A stretch of 64,000 bases of DNA from Oscillospiraceae bacterium (lineage in GTDB: Bacteria; Bacillota; Clostridia; Oscillospirales; Acutalibacteraceae). The notes beneath the pieces were generated by a model that saw nothing but the letters and a program-made list of their open reading frames with translations, did not search any database and was not told the origin of the DNA. Location of the stretch: positions 17,186-81,185 of the forward strand of contig SVPN01000004.1 of assembly GCA_015065805.1 (NCBI GenBank). Direction: 5' to 3'. Below, in pieces: positions 16,725 to 26,368 of this stretch. The position numbers and the translations under genes were made by a program. Positions within the stretch are counted from its first letter, which is position 1; each line of letters opens with the position of its first letter.

Positions 16725-18050
16725 TTATTTTTCTTCTTCAAAACAAACGGCTTCCAAAAGCGCATAGCCGTTGACGGCAACCGGCACGACCGGCACGCCG
16801 ATCTCCCGACTGACCTCCTCCAAGGTGAGATCGTCCAGGAAGCAGTCGCCCTCATACCGAAGCATACAATCGGGGATGAGAACACGCGTCGCATCACAGC
16901 CTTTGAGCTGAGCGATCAGATCCCGACCCGTGACAAGCCCTGCCACCGTGATCGTTTCTCCGAAAAAGTCATTGCGGATGGCGCGCACCTCGCAATCGAT
17001 CTGCTCAAAACGTGCTTTTGCCGATTCCACCAATTCCTTGATAAACGGCGCGGCGGACACACCCGTCGCAATCCACGTTTTGCCCGCATTCGGTTCGCCC
17101 TCAAGATTGTCAAGTGCATCCGCAAACTCCTCACGTTGCAGACTGAGCACGCCGACACCGTTTTCTAACTGCGGATAGTCCCCGTAAAATGTCGGGGGCG
17201 GCAATTCGCGCTGTGCGATCAGGTAAAATTCATCCGACGGATACACCACGCGGTTTCCCGTTTCCTTGAGCAGGCGGTCACCGAATGCCGTCATCGTGTC
17301 GATCACCGCCGCGGCTTCCTCTTTGGTGAATAAGCGAAGCGGTGTCAGTCCGTCACGGTGCTTGGTCAGTCCCACGGGCACTGCCGCCACACTGTTCAGC
17401 GACGGAAGCAGCTTTGAAAGATCCTCGAGTGAGCGCATCAGCTCGTCTCCGTCATTCCACTCGGGACACAGCACCAGTTGACAGTTCAGCTCGATCCCCG
17501 CCTGCGCAAAACGCTCCAGCCAGCCGAGTGCTTCGCCCGCAAAACGGTTGTTCATCATTTTACAGCGCAGTTCGGGATTGGTGGTGTGCACGGAGACATT
17601 GACAGGACTGATGTGCATATCCATAATACGCTGACCCTCTTGCTCGGTCAGATTGGTCAGTGTGATATAGTTGCCGAACAAAAACGAAAGGCGGCTGTCG
17701 TCGTCTTTGAAATACAGACTGTCGCGCATCCCCTTGGGCATCTGATCAATGAAGCAAAACACACACTTGTTGCGACAGCTGTGCTGTTCATCCATCAGGT
17801 AGGTTGCGAATTCCAGACCGGGCTCTTCGCCCTCCACCGTGATCACACGGGTACGGGTATCGTCCGAACTGCGGAACACCATCTGCAGGCGGTCTTCGAT
17901 CACATAAAACCGATAGTCAAGTCCGTCGTTGATCTCGTGTCCGTTGATTTTGAGCAAGCGGTCACCCGCCTGGATGCCCTTATCGGCACAAGGGCTTTTC
18001 GGGATGACGCCGTCGATCACAACCGCCACATCCGCCGCCTCCTTTCGCAA
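16725..18050 (-). CDS. PDZ domain-containing radical SAM protein (DUF512 family)
   Basis: N-terminal PDZ-like segment (GIQAGDRLLKINGHEI) and a CX3CX2C cluster motif (CRNKCVFC). The architecture and position upstream of der are typical of the DUF512 family. Confidence 0.7.
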   Translation of the reverse strand: MRKEAADVAVVIDGVIPKSPCADKGIQAGDRLLKINGHEINDGLDYRFYVIEDRLQMVFRSSDDTRTRVITVEGEEPGLEFATYLMDEQHSCRNKCVFCFIDQMPKGMRDSLYFKDDDSRLSFLFGNYITLTNLTEQEGQRIMDMHISPVNVSVHTTNPELRCKMMNNRFAGEALGWLERFAQAGIELNCQLVLCPEWNDGDELMRSLEDLSKLLPSLNSVAAVPVGLTKHRDGLTPLRLFTKEEAAAVIDTMTAFGDRLLKETGNRVVYPSDEFYLIAQRELPPPTFYGDYPQLENGVGVLSLQREEFADALDNLEGEPNAGKTWIATGVSAAPFIKELVESAKARFEQIDCEVRAIRNDFFGETITVAGLVTGRDLIAQLKGCDATRVLIPDCMLRYEGDCFLDDLTLEEVSREIGVPVVPVAVNGYALLEAVCFEEEK

Positions 18051-18215
18051 AGGTCGTCATAATAAAACAAAAAGAGCTCTAAAAAATGGCAAAGCAGAAC
18101 CACCCACCCCTTTAAACGTTCACAAAACAGGACAAGCCTGCCTGTGCCGATCCAAGGGCAGTGATCCTGCCAATGACCATTTGTTACAGCTCTGTGTTAC
18201 GGGCAAGATGAAGAA

Positions 18216-18398
18216 TCAGTCCTCCACCTTCACAACTTGTCTGCCGTTGTAATAGCCGCAACTGCCACACAGACGGTGCGGGCGCTTGTAATCGCCGCAC
18301 TGCGGGCACTTCATCAGCGCCGGGGCGTCCATCTTCCAAACGTTGTTACGTCTCTTGTCACGACGAGCCTTGGAATGCTTTCTCTTCGGAACCGCCAT
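18216..18398 (-). CDS. rpmF: 50S ribosomal protein L32
   Basis: MAVPKRKHSKARRDKRR N-terminus and CPQCG...CGSCG zinc ribbon. Length is 60 aa. Confidence 0.95.
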   Translation of the reverse strand: MAVPKRKHSKARRDKRRNNVWKMDAPALMKCPQCGDYKRPHRLCGSCGYYNGRQVVKVED

Positions 18399-18430
18399 GT
18401 CAGCACCTCCTTAAATTTGATAATCAAGAG

Positions 18431-18937
18431 TTACTCTGTTTCTTCTGTCAGCAGGGATGCAAGCACTGCAAAGCGCGGGTCACCCTTTTTCTCCTGACAG
18501 CCACAGAGTCCGTCATTGAGATTCTTGCCGCAATGCTGACATAAACCGCGGCAGTCGCTTTTGCACAGAGTCTTTTGCGGAAGATTCAGATAAATATCTG
18601 TCTCTGCAAGGGGCTCAAGCTCCAGTTCATCGTTTTCCACGAGAATGAGCTCGTCCGAATCCTCGTCATTCAGCGAGGACACCAGAATATGCTCTGCAGT
18701 TGTCTCTGTTTCGAAGCGGACAGGAGCAAGACAGCGATCGCACACACCTTCAAACATATACACATACGTCACGGTCAGCCAAAGCATCTCCGCGCGTGCC
18801 ACGACCTCACCCTTTACCCTCACGGGAGCCGCCAGTGGATGCGTTCCCTGAAAGTCAAACGACGAAAGGTCAAGCTGTGTATCGATTGCCAGTCGGTCGA
18901 TCTCTCCCGCAAAAAGCGGTTTCAACTGTAAAGTCAT
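18431..18937 (-). CDS. yceD: YceD/DUF177 family protein
   Basis: 168 aa. It has the C-terminal Cys cluster (CKSDCRGLCQHCGKNLNDGLCGC) and a conserved position upstream of rpmF. Confidence 0.85.
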   Translation of the reverse strand: MTLQLKPLFAGEIDRLAIDTQLDLSSFDFQGTHPLAAPVRVKGEVVARAEMLWLTVTYVYMFEGVCDRCLAPVRFETETTAEHILVSSLNDEDSDELILVENDELELEPLAETDIYLNLPQKTLCKSDCRGLCQHCGKNLNDGLCGCQEKKGDPRFAVLASLLTEETE

Positions 18938-19040
18938 AGTCCACCTCTAAGCGTCACGCAGAATATTATATCCGCGCAGGTCAAATTTGTCAATACATTT
19001 TTTGAGGTTTTCCCGAAAAATGCACCGACTTATTGCGTTT

Positions 19041-19076
19041 TACAAAGAAAAGCGGCATTCGCAGGGAGCGAATGCC
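19041..19076 (-). terminator. Intrinsic terminator of the 19090..19506 gene
   Basis: GCGGCATTCGC-AGGGA-GCGAATGCCGC hairpin followed on the minus strand by TTTTCTTTG. Confidence 0.75.
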
Positions 19077-19089
19077 GCCCGTTTTCAAA

Positions 19090-19506
19090 TCAGATCTCTT
19101 CCGCGATGCCTTTCAGGCGCTCGGGAACCTCAGACGGATCTGCCGAAATAGACATCACCACGTTGGTGTTGGCTTTTTCCGCAAGAACACTCAGCTTCTC
19201 CACGAAGGTCGCCAGTGCTTCCATATCACGACCGCCGATCTTCAGCGTGGAATCCACGAAGATATCGGTGATATCGTAGTTACCTGCACACATACCGGCA
19301 ATATAACCATACAGCGCATCAAAGCCGACGATGCCGTACTCATCCGCAACCGCCAGGCGGGTCTTATGGCTCAGATCAAAGGTGAGCGTGCTGTCCTTTT
19401 CGATAAACACAACACAGCCGTTCGACGCATTGGTCGCCGCCGTGCACATATCGAGCAGACGCTTCGTTTTTCCCGAGCCTTTGTTACCGAGAATCAAAGT
19501 GATCAT
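19090..19506 (-). CDS. Small stand-alone P-loop NTPase (hypothetical)
   Basis: Walker A GNKGSGKT at residues 7-14 and a Walker B-like VVFIEKD. Length is 138 aa. I cannot name a family. Confidence 0.55.
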   Translation of the reverse strand: MITLILGNKGSGKTKRLLDMCTAATNASNGCVVFIEKDSTLTFDLSHKTRLAVADEYGIVGFDALYGYIAGMCAGNYDITDIFVDSTLKIGGRDMEALATFVEKLSVLAEKANTNVVMSISADPSEVPERLKGIAEEI

Positions 19507-19558
19507 AGTATTTGTCCTCCTTTATCTATCACACCGTCAGCGACGGTTCTATACCTAA

Positions 19559-20899
19559 TCAGCGGCCGAGACGAGCTTCCAATGCTTCCTTCTCGCTCTC
19601 ATAGCCGGGTTTGCCCAGAAGAGCAAACATATTCTTTTTGTAGCTTTCTACGCCGGGCTGATCAAACGGGTTGACGCCGAGCATATAACCCGAGATCGCG
19701 CAGGCCTTCTCAAGGAAATAGATCATATAACCGAGAGACGCTTCGTCTGCCGCCGGCATACGGAGCACCAGCGTCGGCGTGCCGCCGTCCGCGTGTGCAA
19801 GCACCGTGCCTTCGAACGCCTTTTCGTTGACAAAGCTCATCGGACGACCGGTCAGGAAGTTCAGACCGTCAACGTTTTCGGGATCCTCCTCGATGACCAG
19901 CTCCGAGGGAGCCTTGTCAATCATCACCGCCGTCTCGAACAGGATGTTTGAGCCGTCCTGCACGAACTGTCCGAGCGAGTGAAGATCGGTCGAGAAGATC
20001 GCCGATGCCGGGAACAAACCCTTGCCGTCCTTGCCTTCGGACTCACCGTACAGCTGCTTCCACCATTCGCTCATCAGCTGCCAGCAAGGCTCGTAGCTGA
20101 CCATCAGCTCCACTGCGCGACCCTTGCGATGCAGGATGCTGCGCAGAGCGGCATATTTATAACAATCGTTGGTTGCCAGATCGGGATCGGCAAGCTCCTC
20201 CTGAGCCTTGCGCGCACCCGCCATCAGAGCTTCAATGTCGCACCCTGCCACCGCGATGGGGAGCAGACCGACTGCCGTCAGCACCGAGAAGCGGCCGCCG
20301 ACATCGTCGGGCACGACAAAGGTTTCGTAGCCTTCGCGGTCTGCAAGTGCTTTCAGCGTACCGCGAGCGCGGTCGGTCGTCACGTAAATGCGTTTTTTCG
20401 CTTCTTCCGCACCCACCGTCTTTTCCAGATAGGCACGAAGCACACGGAACGCGATCGCCGGCTCGGTCGTAGTGCCGGATTTCGAGATCACGTTGATGGA
20501 CACACGCTTGCCCTCACACAGTGCGAGCAGATCGTTGAGTGCCGCGGAGCTGATGCTGTTGCCCGCGAAATACACATCGGGGGTGTCCTTTTTCTTGTTG
20601 TTGTAATACGGCGATTTCAAAAATTCGATCGCCGCGCGTGCGCCGAGGTAAGACCCGCCGATACCGATCGCAATGAAGATATCGGTGTCTTCTTTGATTC
20701 GCGCCGCCGCCGCCTGAATACGGGCGAATTCGTCTTTATCGTAGTTTGTCGGAAGATCAAGCCAGCCGAGGAAATCGTTTCCGAGACCGGACTTCGCGTG
20801 AAGCATATCGTGTGCCGATGTTACCGAAGCCTGCATCGCACCGAGCTCGTGCTCCCGGATAAAGCTCCCGACATAACGGGAATCCAATGTTACTGCCAT
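19559..20899 (-). CDS. pgi: Glucose-6-phosphate isomerase
   Basis: ORF trimmed to the ATG after GGAGGT ([10 protein letters not shown]...). 446 aa, Firmicutes-type PGI with IGIGGSYLG and [14 protein letters not shown] blocks. Confidence 0.95.
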   Translation of the reverse strand: MAVTLDSRYVGSFIREHELGAMQASVTSAHDMLHAKSGLGNDFLGWLDLPTNYDKDEFARIQAAAARIKEDTDIFIAIGIGGSYLGARAAIEFLKSPYYNNKKKDTPDVYFAGNSISSAALNDLLALCEGKRVSINVISKSGTTTEPAIAFRVLRAYLEKTVGAEEAKKRIYVTTDRARGTLKALADREGYETFVVPDDVGGRFSVLTAVGLLPIAVAGCDIEALMAGARKAQEELADPDLATNDCYKYAALRSILHRKGRAVELMVSYEPCWQLMSEWWKQLYGESEGKDGKGLFPASAIFSTDLHSLGQFVQDGSNILFETAVMIDKAPSELVIEEDPENVDGLNFLTGRPMSFVNEKAFEGTVLAHADGGTPTLVLRMPAADEASLGYMIYFLEKACAISGYMLGVNPFDQPGVESYKKNMFALLGKPGYESEKEALEARLGR

Positions 20900-20999
20900 A
20901 AGGGTACCTCCACATCCAATGGTATTCGGATATTGTACCCTTATTTTACAATATTTCCTTTCAATTTGCAACACTTTTGCGTGAATTTTTTCTGACTAT

Positions 21000-22205
21000 T
21001 TATACATTTTCGACAATTCCGACCGTCACCGCCGCCAAAAAGCGACAAAACGCTTTCCCGAAGCTCATCCGCGGAACTTCACACGCCGCCGTCAAGGGAT
21101 ACCGCGCCAACTCCTGCTCATCCGTGTACACAATAATATCCCCCACCGTCTGTCCCGCTTCCACAGGTGCTTCTAAATCAGCGGCACATTCCGCACGCAC
21201 CTTGATGTCACCGAGGATGGATTTCAAAACGGAAATGCCGCTGACAGCAGGCGGTGTCACCTCCACGCGTTTCTGTGTGCCGTGAAGCACTTTGATCGGC
21301 TCACACACAAGCGCTTCTGCGGGCGGCACATACTGGGCATAGGTAGCAAAGCCGTAGTCCAGCAGATTGCGTGCACCGTTGAAGCGGTCATTGCTTGACG
21401 GCGCACCCAGCACCACCGACACCAATTTCAGTCCGTCCCGCTCCGCAGTTGCCGCTAAACAGCAGCCTGCCGCCGAGGTCGTACCCGTTTTCAACCCCGT
21501 TGCACCGTTATAAAACCGCACCAGGCGGTTGGTATTGACAAGCTCGGACTGTCCGCCGCGCAGACTGTCCATCCATACGGTTGTATAGTTCTGAATAGCG
21601 GGGTGGCGCAGCATCAGCTCACGTGACATCAGTGCCAGATCGTGCGCCGAGGACATACCCGTGTCATCCAATCCACTGCAATCCACAAACCGCGTATCGG
21701 TTGCCCCCAAAGCAACCGCCCGTTCGTTCATCGCCGCCGTAAAGGCCTCCAACGTCCCGCAAAGATGCTCTGCCAGTGCCGCGCAGGCATCGTTTGCCGA
21801 CACGATGACCGCCGCTTTGAGAAGCTCCTCCACCGTCATCTGCTCATTTTCCTCCAGCCAGATCTGCGAGCCGCCCATCGACGCGGCGCGGGATGACGCC
21901 GTCACCACCTCATCGTAGCGAAGCCGCCCGCTGTCGATCGCCTCCATCACAAGAAGAAGCGTCATCACCTTTGTCACCGATGCGATCGGCAACGCCTCGT
22001 GACTGTTCTGCTCAAACAGCACCGTCCCGCTCGTCATATCCATCAGCACCGCCGATTTCGCGTTGACCGACAGCGCCGAGACCTCCCCCGCTGTCATAAT
22101 TGCCGCCTCTGTATCCGCATCGTCCGTGTTCACCACCCTCTGAGCCGATACCGTCACCGTCAGACACAAACACAACACCAATACACACGCAAGTACCCGT
22201 TTCAT
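21000..22205 (-). CDS. D-alanyl-D-alanine carboxypeptidase (S11, PBP5/DacB-like)
   Basis: ORF trimmed to MKRVLACVLVLCLCL (signal peptide). It has the SxxK motif (ASVTK), an SAN (SxN-type) motif and KTGTT. Confidence 0.9.
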   Translation of the reverse strand: MKRVLACVLVLCLCLTVTVSAQRVVNTDDADTEAAIMTAGEVSALSVNAKSAVLMDMTSGTVLFEQNSHEALPIASVTKVMTLLLVMEAIDSGRLRYDEVVTASSRAASMGGSQIWLEENEQMTVEELLKAAVIVSANDACAALAEHLCGTLEAFTAAMNERAVALGATDTRFVDCSGLDDTGMSSAHDLALMSRELMLRHPAIQNYTTVWMDSLRGGQSELVNTNRLVRFYNGATGLKTGTTSAAGCCLAATAERDGLKLVSVVLGAPSSNDRFNGARNLLDYGFATYAQYVPPAEALVCEPIKVLHGTQKRVEVTPPAVSGISVLKSILGDIKVRAECAADLEAPVEAGQTVGDIIVYTDEQELARYPLTAACEVPRMSFGKAFCRFLAAVTVGIVENV

Positions 22206-22304
22206 ACCACCGTCTCCTTTATTATATAATGGTATACAATGTATATGAAACCGCAAAAACAAATATGAGGCGATGCGCTCATCACCGCACCGCCTCATAT
22301 TTGT

Positions 22305-23030
22305 TTATAATCGGAATGCGTCCAGCTCCTCATACGGGATCTCAACCGTTTGATAATCTCCCAGTGCATGTGCAACCGGATAGCTGAACCCTACCCCTGT
22401 CTGTGTAAAATACGTCTGATATTCTATTTCATCCTCAAGCCCCTGCAAAAAGCGCTCTCTCGGACAAAGCACGGAAAATTCCGTGCCGTTCATCCACTGC
22501 TCATCCGCTTTCACAGCGAGAGCCTTCTCGGCGTACGTCCGAAAACAATCGTACAGTCCATCGTTTACCGCATACACATTTCCGAACATCAGGCGGTTGC
22601 CCGTTGCAGGATCGATGTTGAGTGTGAAAAGGCAATTCAGCGGATGCGCTGCCGTTTTCCGATTGAACATACCTTCAAACAGAACGCTGATTCTCTCCTC
22701 GGTGTTGCAGGTGATTTCGCAATCGATATTCACAAAACAGTCGCTGTAATCCCCCGCCTCGATATCCGTTGCAGACAGTGTCATCGTTTCCTCGAAATCG
22801 TAATGGAATCGCAACCGCTCCGTGATATAGCTTTGAATCTGTCGGTCGATCGCCTCGCTTTCAAACAGAGGGATTTGAACCGAAACCCGATGCTGTTCAG
22901 ACACATATGTCATATAGGCTGTTTTGTCCGGAACAGCCGGGTCTTCTCCCGTATGAATCCCTGTTGCCGCGCAGGATACCTGACTGACAATAACCGCAAT
23001 CAGCAGTAACACCCAACCGATTTTCTTCAT
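22305..23030 (-). CDS. Putative lipoprotein, DUF4163/DUF3298 (RsiV/PdaC C-terminal-like) domains
   Basis: MKKIGWVLLLIAVIVSQVSCA is a lipobox-like signal. The domain call rests on overall pattern recognition only (VSVQIPLFES..., GVGFSYPV...YQTVEIPYEEL). Confidence 0.5.
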   Translation of the reverse strand: MKKIGWVLLLIAVIVSQVSCAATGIHTGEDPAVPDKTAYMTYVSEQHRVSVQIPLFESEAIDRQIQSYITERLRFHYDFEETMTLSATDIEAGDYSDCFVNIDCEITCNTEERISVLFEGMFNRKTAAHPLNCLFTLNIDPATGNRLMFGNVYAVNDGLYDCFRTYAEKALAVKADEQWMNGTEFSVLCPRERFLQGLEDEIEYQTYFTQTGVGFSYPVAHALGDYQTVEIPYEELDAFRL

Positions 23031-23046
23031 ATTTCTCATCTCCGTA

Positions 23047-23982
23047 TCACCCTAATGCTTTCGCCAGTGCCATACACACAGGCATTGTCAGGATCGCCAA
23101 CATCGTCGTGAAGCCGCAAAGCTTGGATGCCACGCCTGCATCGTGACCGTATTTTGCCGAAAACATCACCGTATTCGTTGCAGTCGGCGCGGCAAGAAAC
23201 ACCGAGCAGGCAAGCAACAGCTCTGAGCGGATACCGATGACATACAGCGCTGTTATGCCGACAAGCGGCCACACAAGCAACTTGAGAAACGCGGCAAGAT
23301 AATTCTCCTTGCGTTTGAACATATCGGGCAGATCGGTGTGTGCGAGATACGTGCCGAGCATCAGCATAGCAAGCGGCGTATTCATCGATCCGAGATAACC
23401 GATCGGTGCCGCGATCACCGTCGGGAGCTTCACATTCAGCAAAAACAAGGGCAAGCCGATGAGAATACCGATCGCACCGGGGTTGATGATCAGCTTTTTC
23501 CAGTTCATCGCACCGTTTTCGCGGTCCATCAGCCGCACACCGTGCGTAAATGCAAAGATATTGAACACCGCCACTGCCGCCGAAGCATAGAACACACCCA
23601 TATCGCCCGCGACCGCCTGCGCAAGCGGCAAGCCCATATACCCGACATTGCCGTACATCGTGCCGAAACGGAACACCGTCTGATCCTTACCCGCCTTGCG
23701 GTATAACAACGGAACGATCAGTGACAGCAGGGTATGAAACACCACCGCGATCGCCGCCGCCGTCAAAAAGCCCAAGCCGTTTTCGGCTGTCAGCTCCACA
23801 TTCAGAAAGGAATTGACGATCACCGACGGGGTAATGATGTAAAACAGCAGATCGTTGGTGGCACGAGCGGTTTTCTCGGAATAAATGTGTGCTTTATCTG
23901 CCGTGAAGCCGACAACGATCAGCACCGCTAACGTCGCCACCTGCACAAATGCTGTCGGAATGTATTCCAAAAAGAGTTGCAT
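23047..23982 (-). CDS. AEC (auxin efflux carrier) family permease
   Basis: 311 aa with about 10 TM segments. Its two-halves topology and sequence are typical of AEC family transporters. Confidence 0.75.
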   Translation of the reverse strand: MQLFLEYIPTAFVQVATLAVLIVVGFTADKAHIYSEKTARATNDLLFYIITPSVIVNSFLNVELTAENGLGFLTAAAIAVVFHTLLSLIVPLLYRKAGKDQTVFRFGTMYGNVGYMGLPLAQAVAGDMGVFYASAAVAVFNIFAFTHGVRLMDRENGAMNWKKLIINPGAIGILIGLPLFLLNVKLPTVIAAPIGYLGSMNTPLAMLMLGTYLAHTDLPDMFKRKENYLAAFLKLLVWPLVGITALYVIGIRSELLLACSVFLAAPTATNTVMFSAKYGHDAGVASKLCGFTTMLAILTMPVCMALAKALG

Positions 23983-24006
23983 AGGAATTCCTCATTCGTA
24001 AAACAG

Positions 24007-24043
24007 CCGTACCCGCTCGAAAACAGCTTTCGGGCGGGTACGG
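24007..24043 (-). terminator. Intrinsic terminator of the alpha-glucosidase gene
   Basis: CCGTACCCGC...GCGGGTACGG hairpin directly after the stop at 24050. The T-rich tract on the minus strand is moderate. Confidence 0.6.
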
Positions 24044-24049
24044 ATCTGA

Positions 24050-25723
24050 TCAGATTTCAAACACGATTGCCTGATAGGGCTTCAGGATGAGCTTGTCGCC
24101 CTCGATCGCCACATCGTCGTAGTTGGAGAGAACCACGCTCTTGACCGCGCACGGCAGTGTGACCTCGTGCTCCGCCTTGAGGTAGTTGTTGATCACCAGT
24201 GCCGACGAGGTTTCGCCGATACGCTTGTAGGCGATGATGTCGCCGTCCTCAAGAAGGACCGGCTCGAAATCGCCCAGGCTCAGCGCATCCGACACCACCG
24301 ACTCCTTACGTGCCTTGACGAGCTTCTTGTAATAGCTCAGCACGGAGTTCGGGTCGTTCTGCTGTGCCTCCACGTTGATCTCCACGTGGTTGGGGTTGAT
24401 CGGGAGCCACGCCTTACCCGTGGTGAAGCCGGCATTCTCGCCTGCCGTCCACTGCATCGGGATGCGGTTCTGGTCACGGCTGTACTGCAGGCCCGCCATC
24501 TTTTGCTCAAGCGGCAGACCGGCGGCCGTCCAGCCTCTCCAGTTGTTCAGCGTGGAGATGTCATTGACCTCATCAATGGAATTGAAGATGATGTTGGTGG
24601 AGCCGATCTCCTGACCCTGATAGATGAACGGCGTACCGCGCAGATTCATATACATCGTTGCCAGCATCGTGACACCGTGATAATCGCGCTGATCGCCCGT
24701 CGGCAGATACTTGTTGACCGAGCGGGAATAATCGTGGTTTTCCAGATACACGGCCGTCCAGCCGACCTCCTGCGCATCCAGAATGTGCTTGTAAATCGAG
24801 TCACGCAGCTCGGTGGTCGGGATGTCCTCCTTCGGGCGGGCGCATTCCCAACCCGCGTTCCACAGATTGATTTCGGAATAGGTGAAATCAAACAGCATAC
24901 TGAAGAAGCCGTTTTCGCCGACGTAGAATTTCAGTTCTTCCTGCGGAACGCCGGGAGCCTCGGCAACGGTCATACACTCCACATCATAGCCCGTGAACGC
25001 CTTGTCGCGCATTTCCGCAAGGAAATCGTTGATGCCGGGGTAGTTGCGCGCGCAATCCAGCAGACCGCACATACCGTCCCACTGCGGCTCACGCGATGCA
25101 AGCGTGGGATCCTTCTTGATGTGCACGATCGCATCCACGCGGAAGCCCGCGATGCCGCGATCCAGCCACCAGCGGATGTTTTCATACAGCTTCTCGCGGA
25201 GCTTCGGGTTTTCCCAGTTGAGGTCGGGCTGCTTCTTGCCGAACAGGTGCATATAGTAGCGGTCGCCGCCGACATTTTCCCACACCGAGCCGCCGAACAT
25301 CGAACGCCAGTTGTTGGGAGGGCCGTCCTTGCTCTCACGGAAGTAGAAATAATCCGCTTCCTCGCAAGTCGGGTCGGCAAGTGCCTTTTGGAACCACTCG
25401 TGCTCGTCGGAGCAGTGGTTGATAACCAGGTCCATAATGATCTTGATGCCGCGTTTTTTGGCTTCATCGATCAGCTCGTACATATCCTCGTTGGTGCCGA
25501 AGAGCGGGTCAATGGCATAGTAGTCGGAAATATCGTAGCCGCAGTCATCCATCGGAGACTTGTACAGCGGGCTGATCCACACCACGTCGATGCCGAGATC
25601 CTGCAAGTGATCCAACTTTTCGATGATGCCGCGGATATCGCCGACACCGTCGCCGTTGCTGTCTTTAAAGCTGCGGGGGTAGATCTGGTACGCCACCGCA
25701 CTTTTCCACCACGGTTGTTTCAT
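24050..25723 (-). CDS. GH13 alpha-glucosidase / oligo-1,6-glucosidase family enzyme
   Basis: 557 aa. It has the WWKSAVAYQIYPRSFKDSNGDGVGDIRG N-terminus and the GH13 conserved regions (DLVINHCS, GFRVDAI, EA.., NHDY). Confidence 0.9.
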   Translation of the reverse strand: MKQPWWKSAVAYQIYPRSFKDSNGDGVGDIRGIIEKLDHLQDLGIDVVWISPLYKSPMDDCGYDISDYYAIDPLFGTNEDMYELIDEAKKRGIKIIMDLVINHCSDEHEWFQKALADPTCEEADYFYFRESKDGPPNNWRSMFGGSVWENVGGDRYYMHLFGKKQPDLNWENPKLREKLYENIRWWLDRGIAGFRVDAIVHIKKDPTLASREPQWDGMCGLLDCARNYPGINDFLAEMRDKAFTGYDVECMTVAEAPGVPQEELKFYVGENGFFSMLFDFTYSEINLWNAGWECARPKEDIPTTELRDSIYKHILDAQEVGWTAVYLENHDYSRSVNKYLPTGDQRDYHGVTMLATMYMNLRGTPFIYQGQEIGSTNIIFNSIDEVNDISTLNNWRGWTAAGLPLEQKMAGLQYSRDQNRIPMQWTAGENAGFTTGKAWLPINPNHVEINVEAQQNDPNSVLSYYKKLVKARKESVVSDALSLGDFEPVLLEDGDIIAYKRIGETSSALVINNYLKAEHEVTLPCAVKSVVLSNYDDVAIEGDKLILKPYQAIVFEI

Positions 25724-25787
25724 AGAGCATTCCCTCCTGAAGAGTACAAATTAAGGTAAGATAAGTGTAACACAAACAAGACAAAAA

Positions 25788-25823
25788 TACAACCCGTGAA
25801 AACCGGAATTTTCACGGGTTGTA
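25788..25823 (-). terminator. Intrinsic terminator of the flavoprotein gene (bidirectional in form)
   Basis: TACAACCCGTGAAAA-CCGGAA-TTTTCACGGGTTGTA 15-bp hairpin with flanking T/A runs. Confidence 0.85.
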
Positions 25824-25825
25824 TT

Positions 25826-26368
25826 TTAAATTTTTTGCAATTCTTCCTCCACCGCATCCCAGTCCACATCGCCGTCACTGCCTTTGATATGCAGGAATTT
25901 CGTGTCGGTGACGTGAAGCACCGTCAACTGCGGTTCAAGCTGATACAGCAGACACTCCCCATCGTTGCGGTCACTGCCGCAAACGGTGATGAGCACCGCC
26001 GTTTTCGCCTTTTCGATCGGCGGACGCACACCGCGGATAAACCGCTTTGCCCAATAGCACTGCAAGCGGTCGATCACCGCCTTGAGCGGAGCGGGAAACG
26101 AGCGGTTGTAAACGGGCGTCACAAGCACCAATCGGTCCGCTTGCTCGATTGCCTCATAGATATCGTCCATATCGCGTTTGACACAACCGTCGTGCGTGTA
26201 GCACCCGCGGCAATCGTCACAAGGCGCGACATTTCGCGCAAAGCAGTCGATCACTGTCACCTCGCCGTCAAGATGCCCGATAAGCATCGACAGCACTGTC
26301 GCTGTTGCGCCGTCCCGACGCGGTGAGCCGCAGAAAACAACCGTTTTACGGGAGCAAGGTGTGTTCAT
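25826..26368 (-). CDS. Flavodoxin-like fold NAD(P)H-dependent FMN reductase / iron-sulfur flavoprotein-like
   Basis: VVFCGSPRRDG N-terminus and a Cys cluster (CDDCRGCYTHDGC). The start is uncertain. The first in-frame ATG after the pyrB stop region overlaps the upstream gene by 23 nt and lacks a clear RBS. Confidence 0.6.
   Translation of the reverse strand: MNTPCSRKTVVFCGSPRRDGATATVLSMLIGHLDGEVTVIDCFARNVAPCDDCRGCYTHDGCVKRDMDDIYEAIEQADRLVLVTPVYNRSFPAPLKAVIDRLQCYWAKRFIRGVRPPIEKAKTAVLITVCGSDRNDGECLLYQLEPQLTVLHVTDTKFLHIKGSDGDVDWDAVEEELQKI

Noticed and set aside
26346-26368. The 23-nt overlap between pyrB-pyrI(Zn) and the flavoprotein gene as evidence of a frameshift or pseudogene
   Set aside because: Both reading frames are complete with conserved N- and C-terminal motifs. 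The overlap only reflects uncertainty about the downstream start codon.
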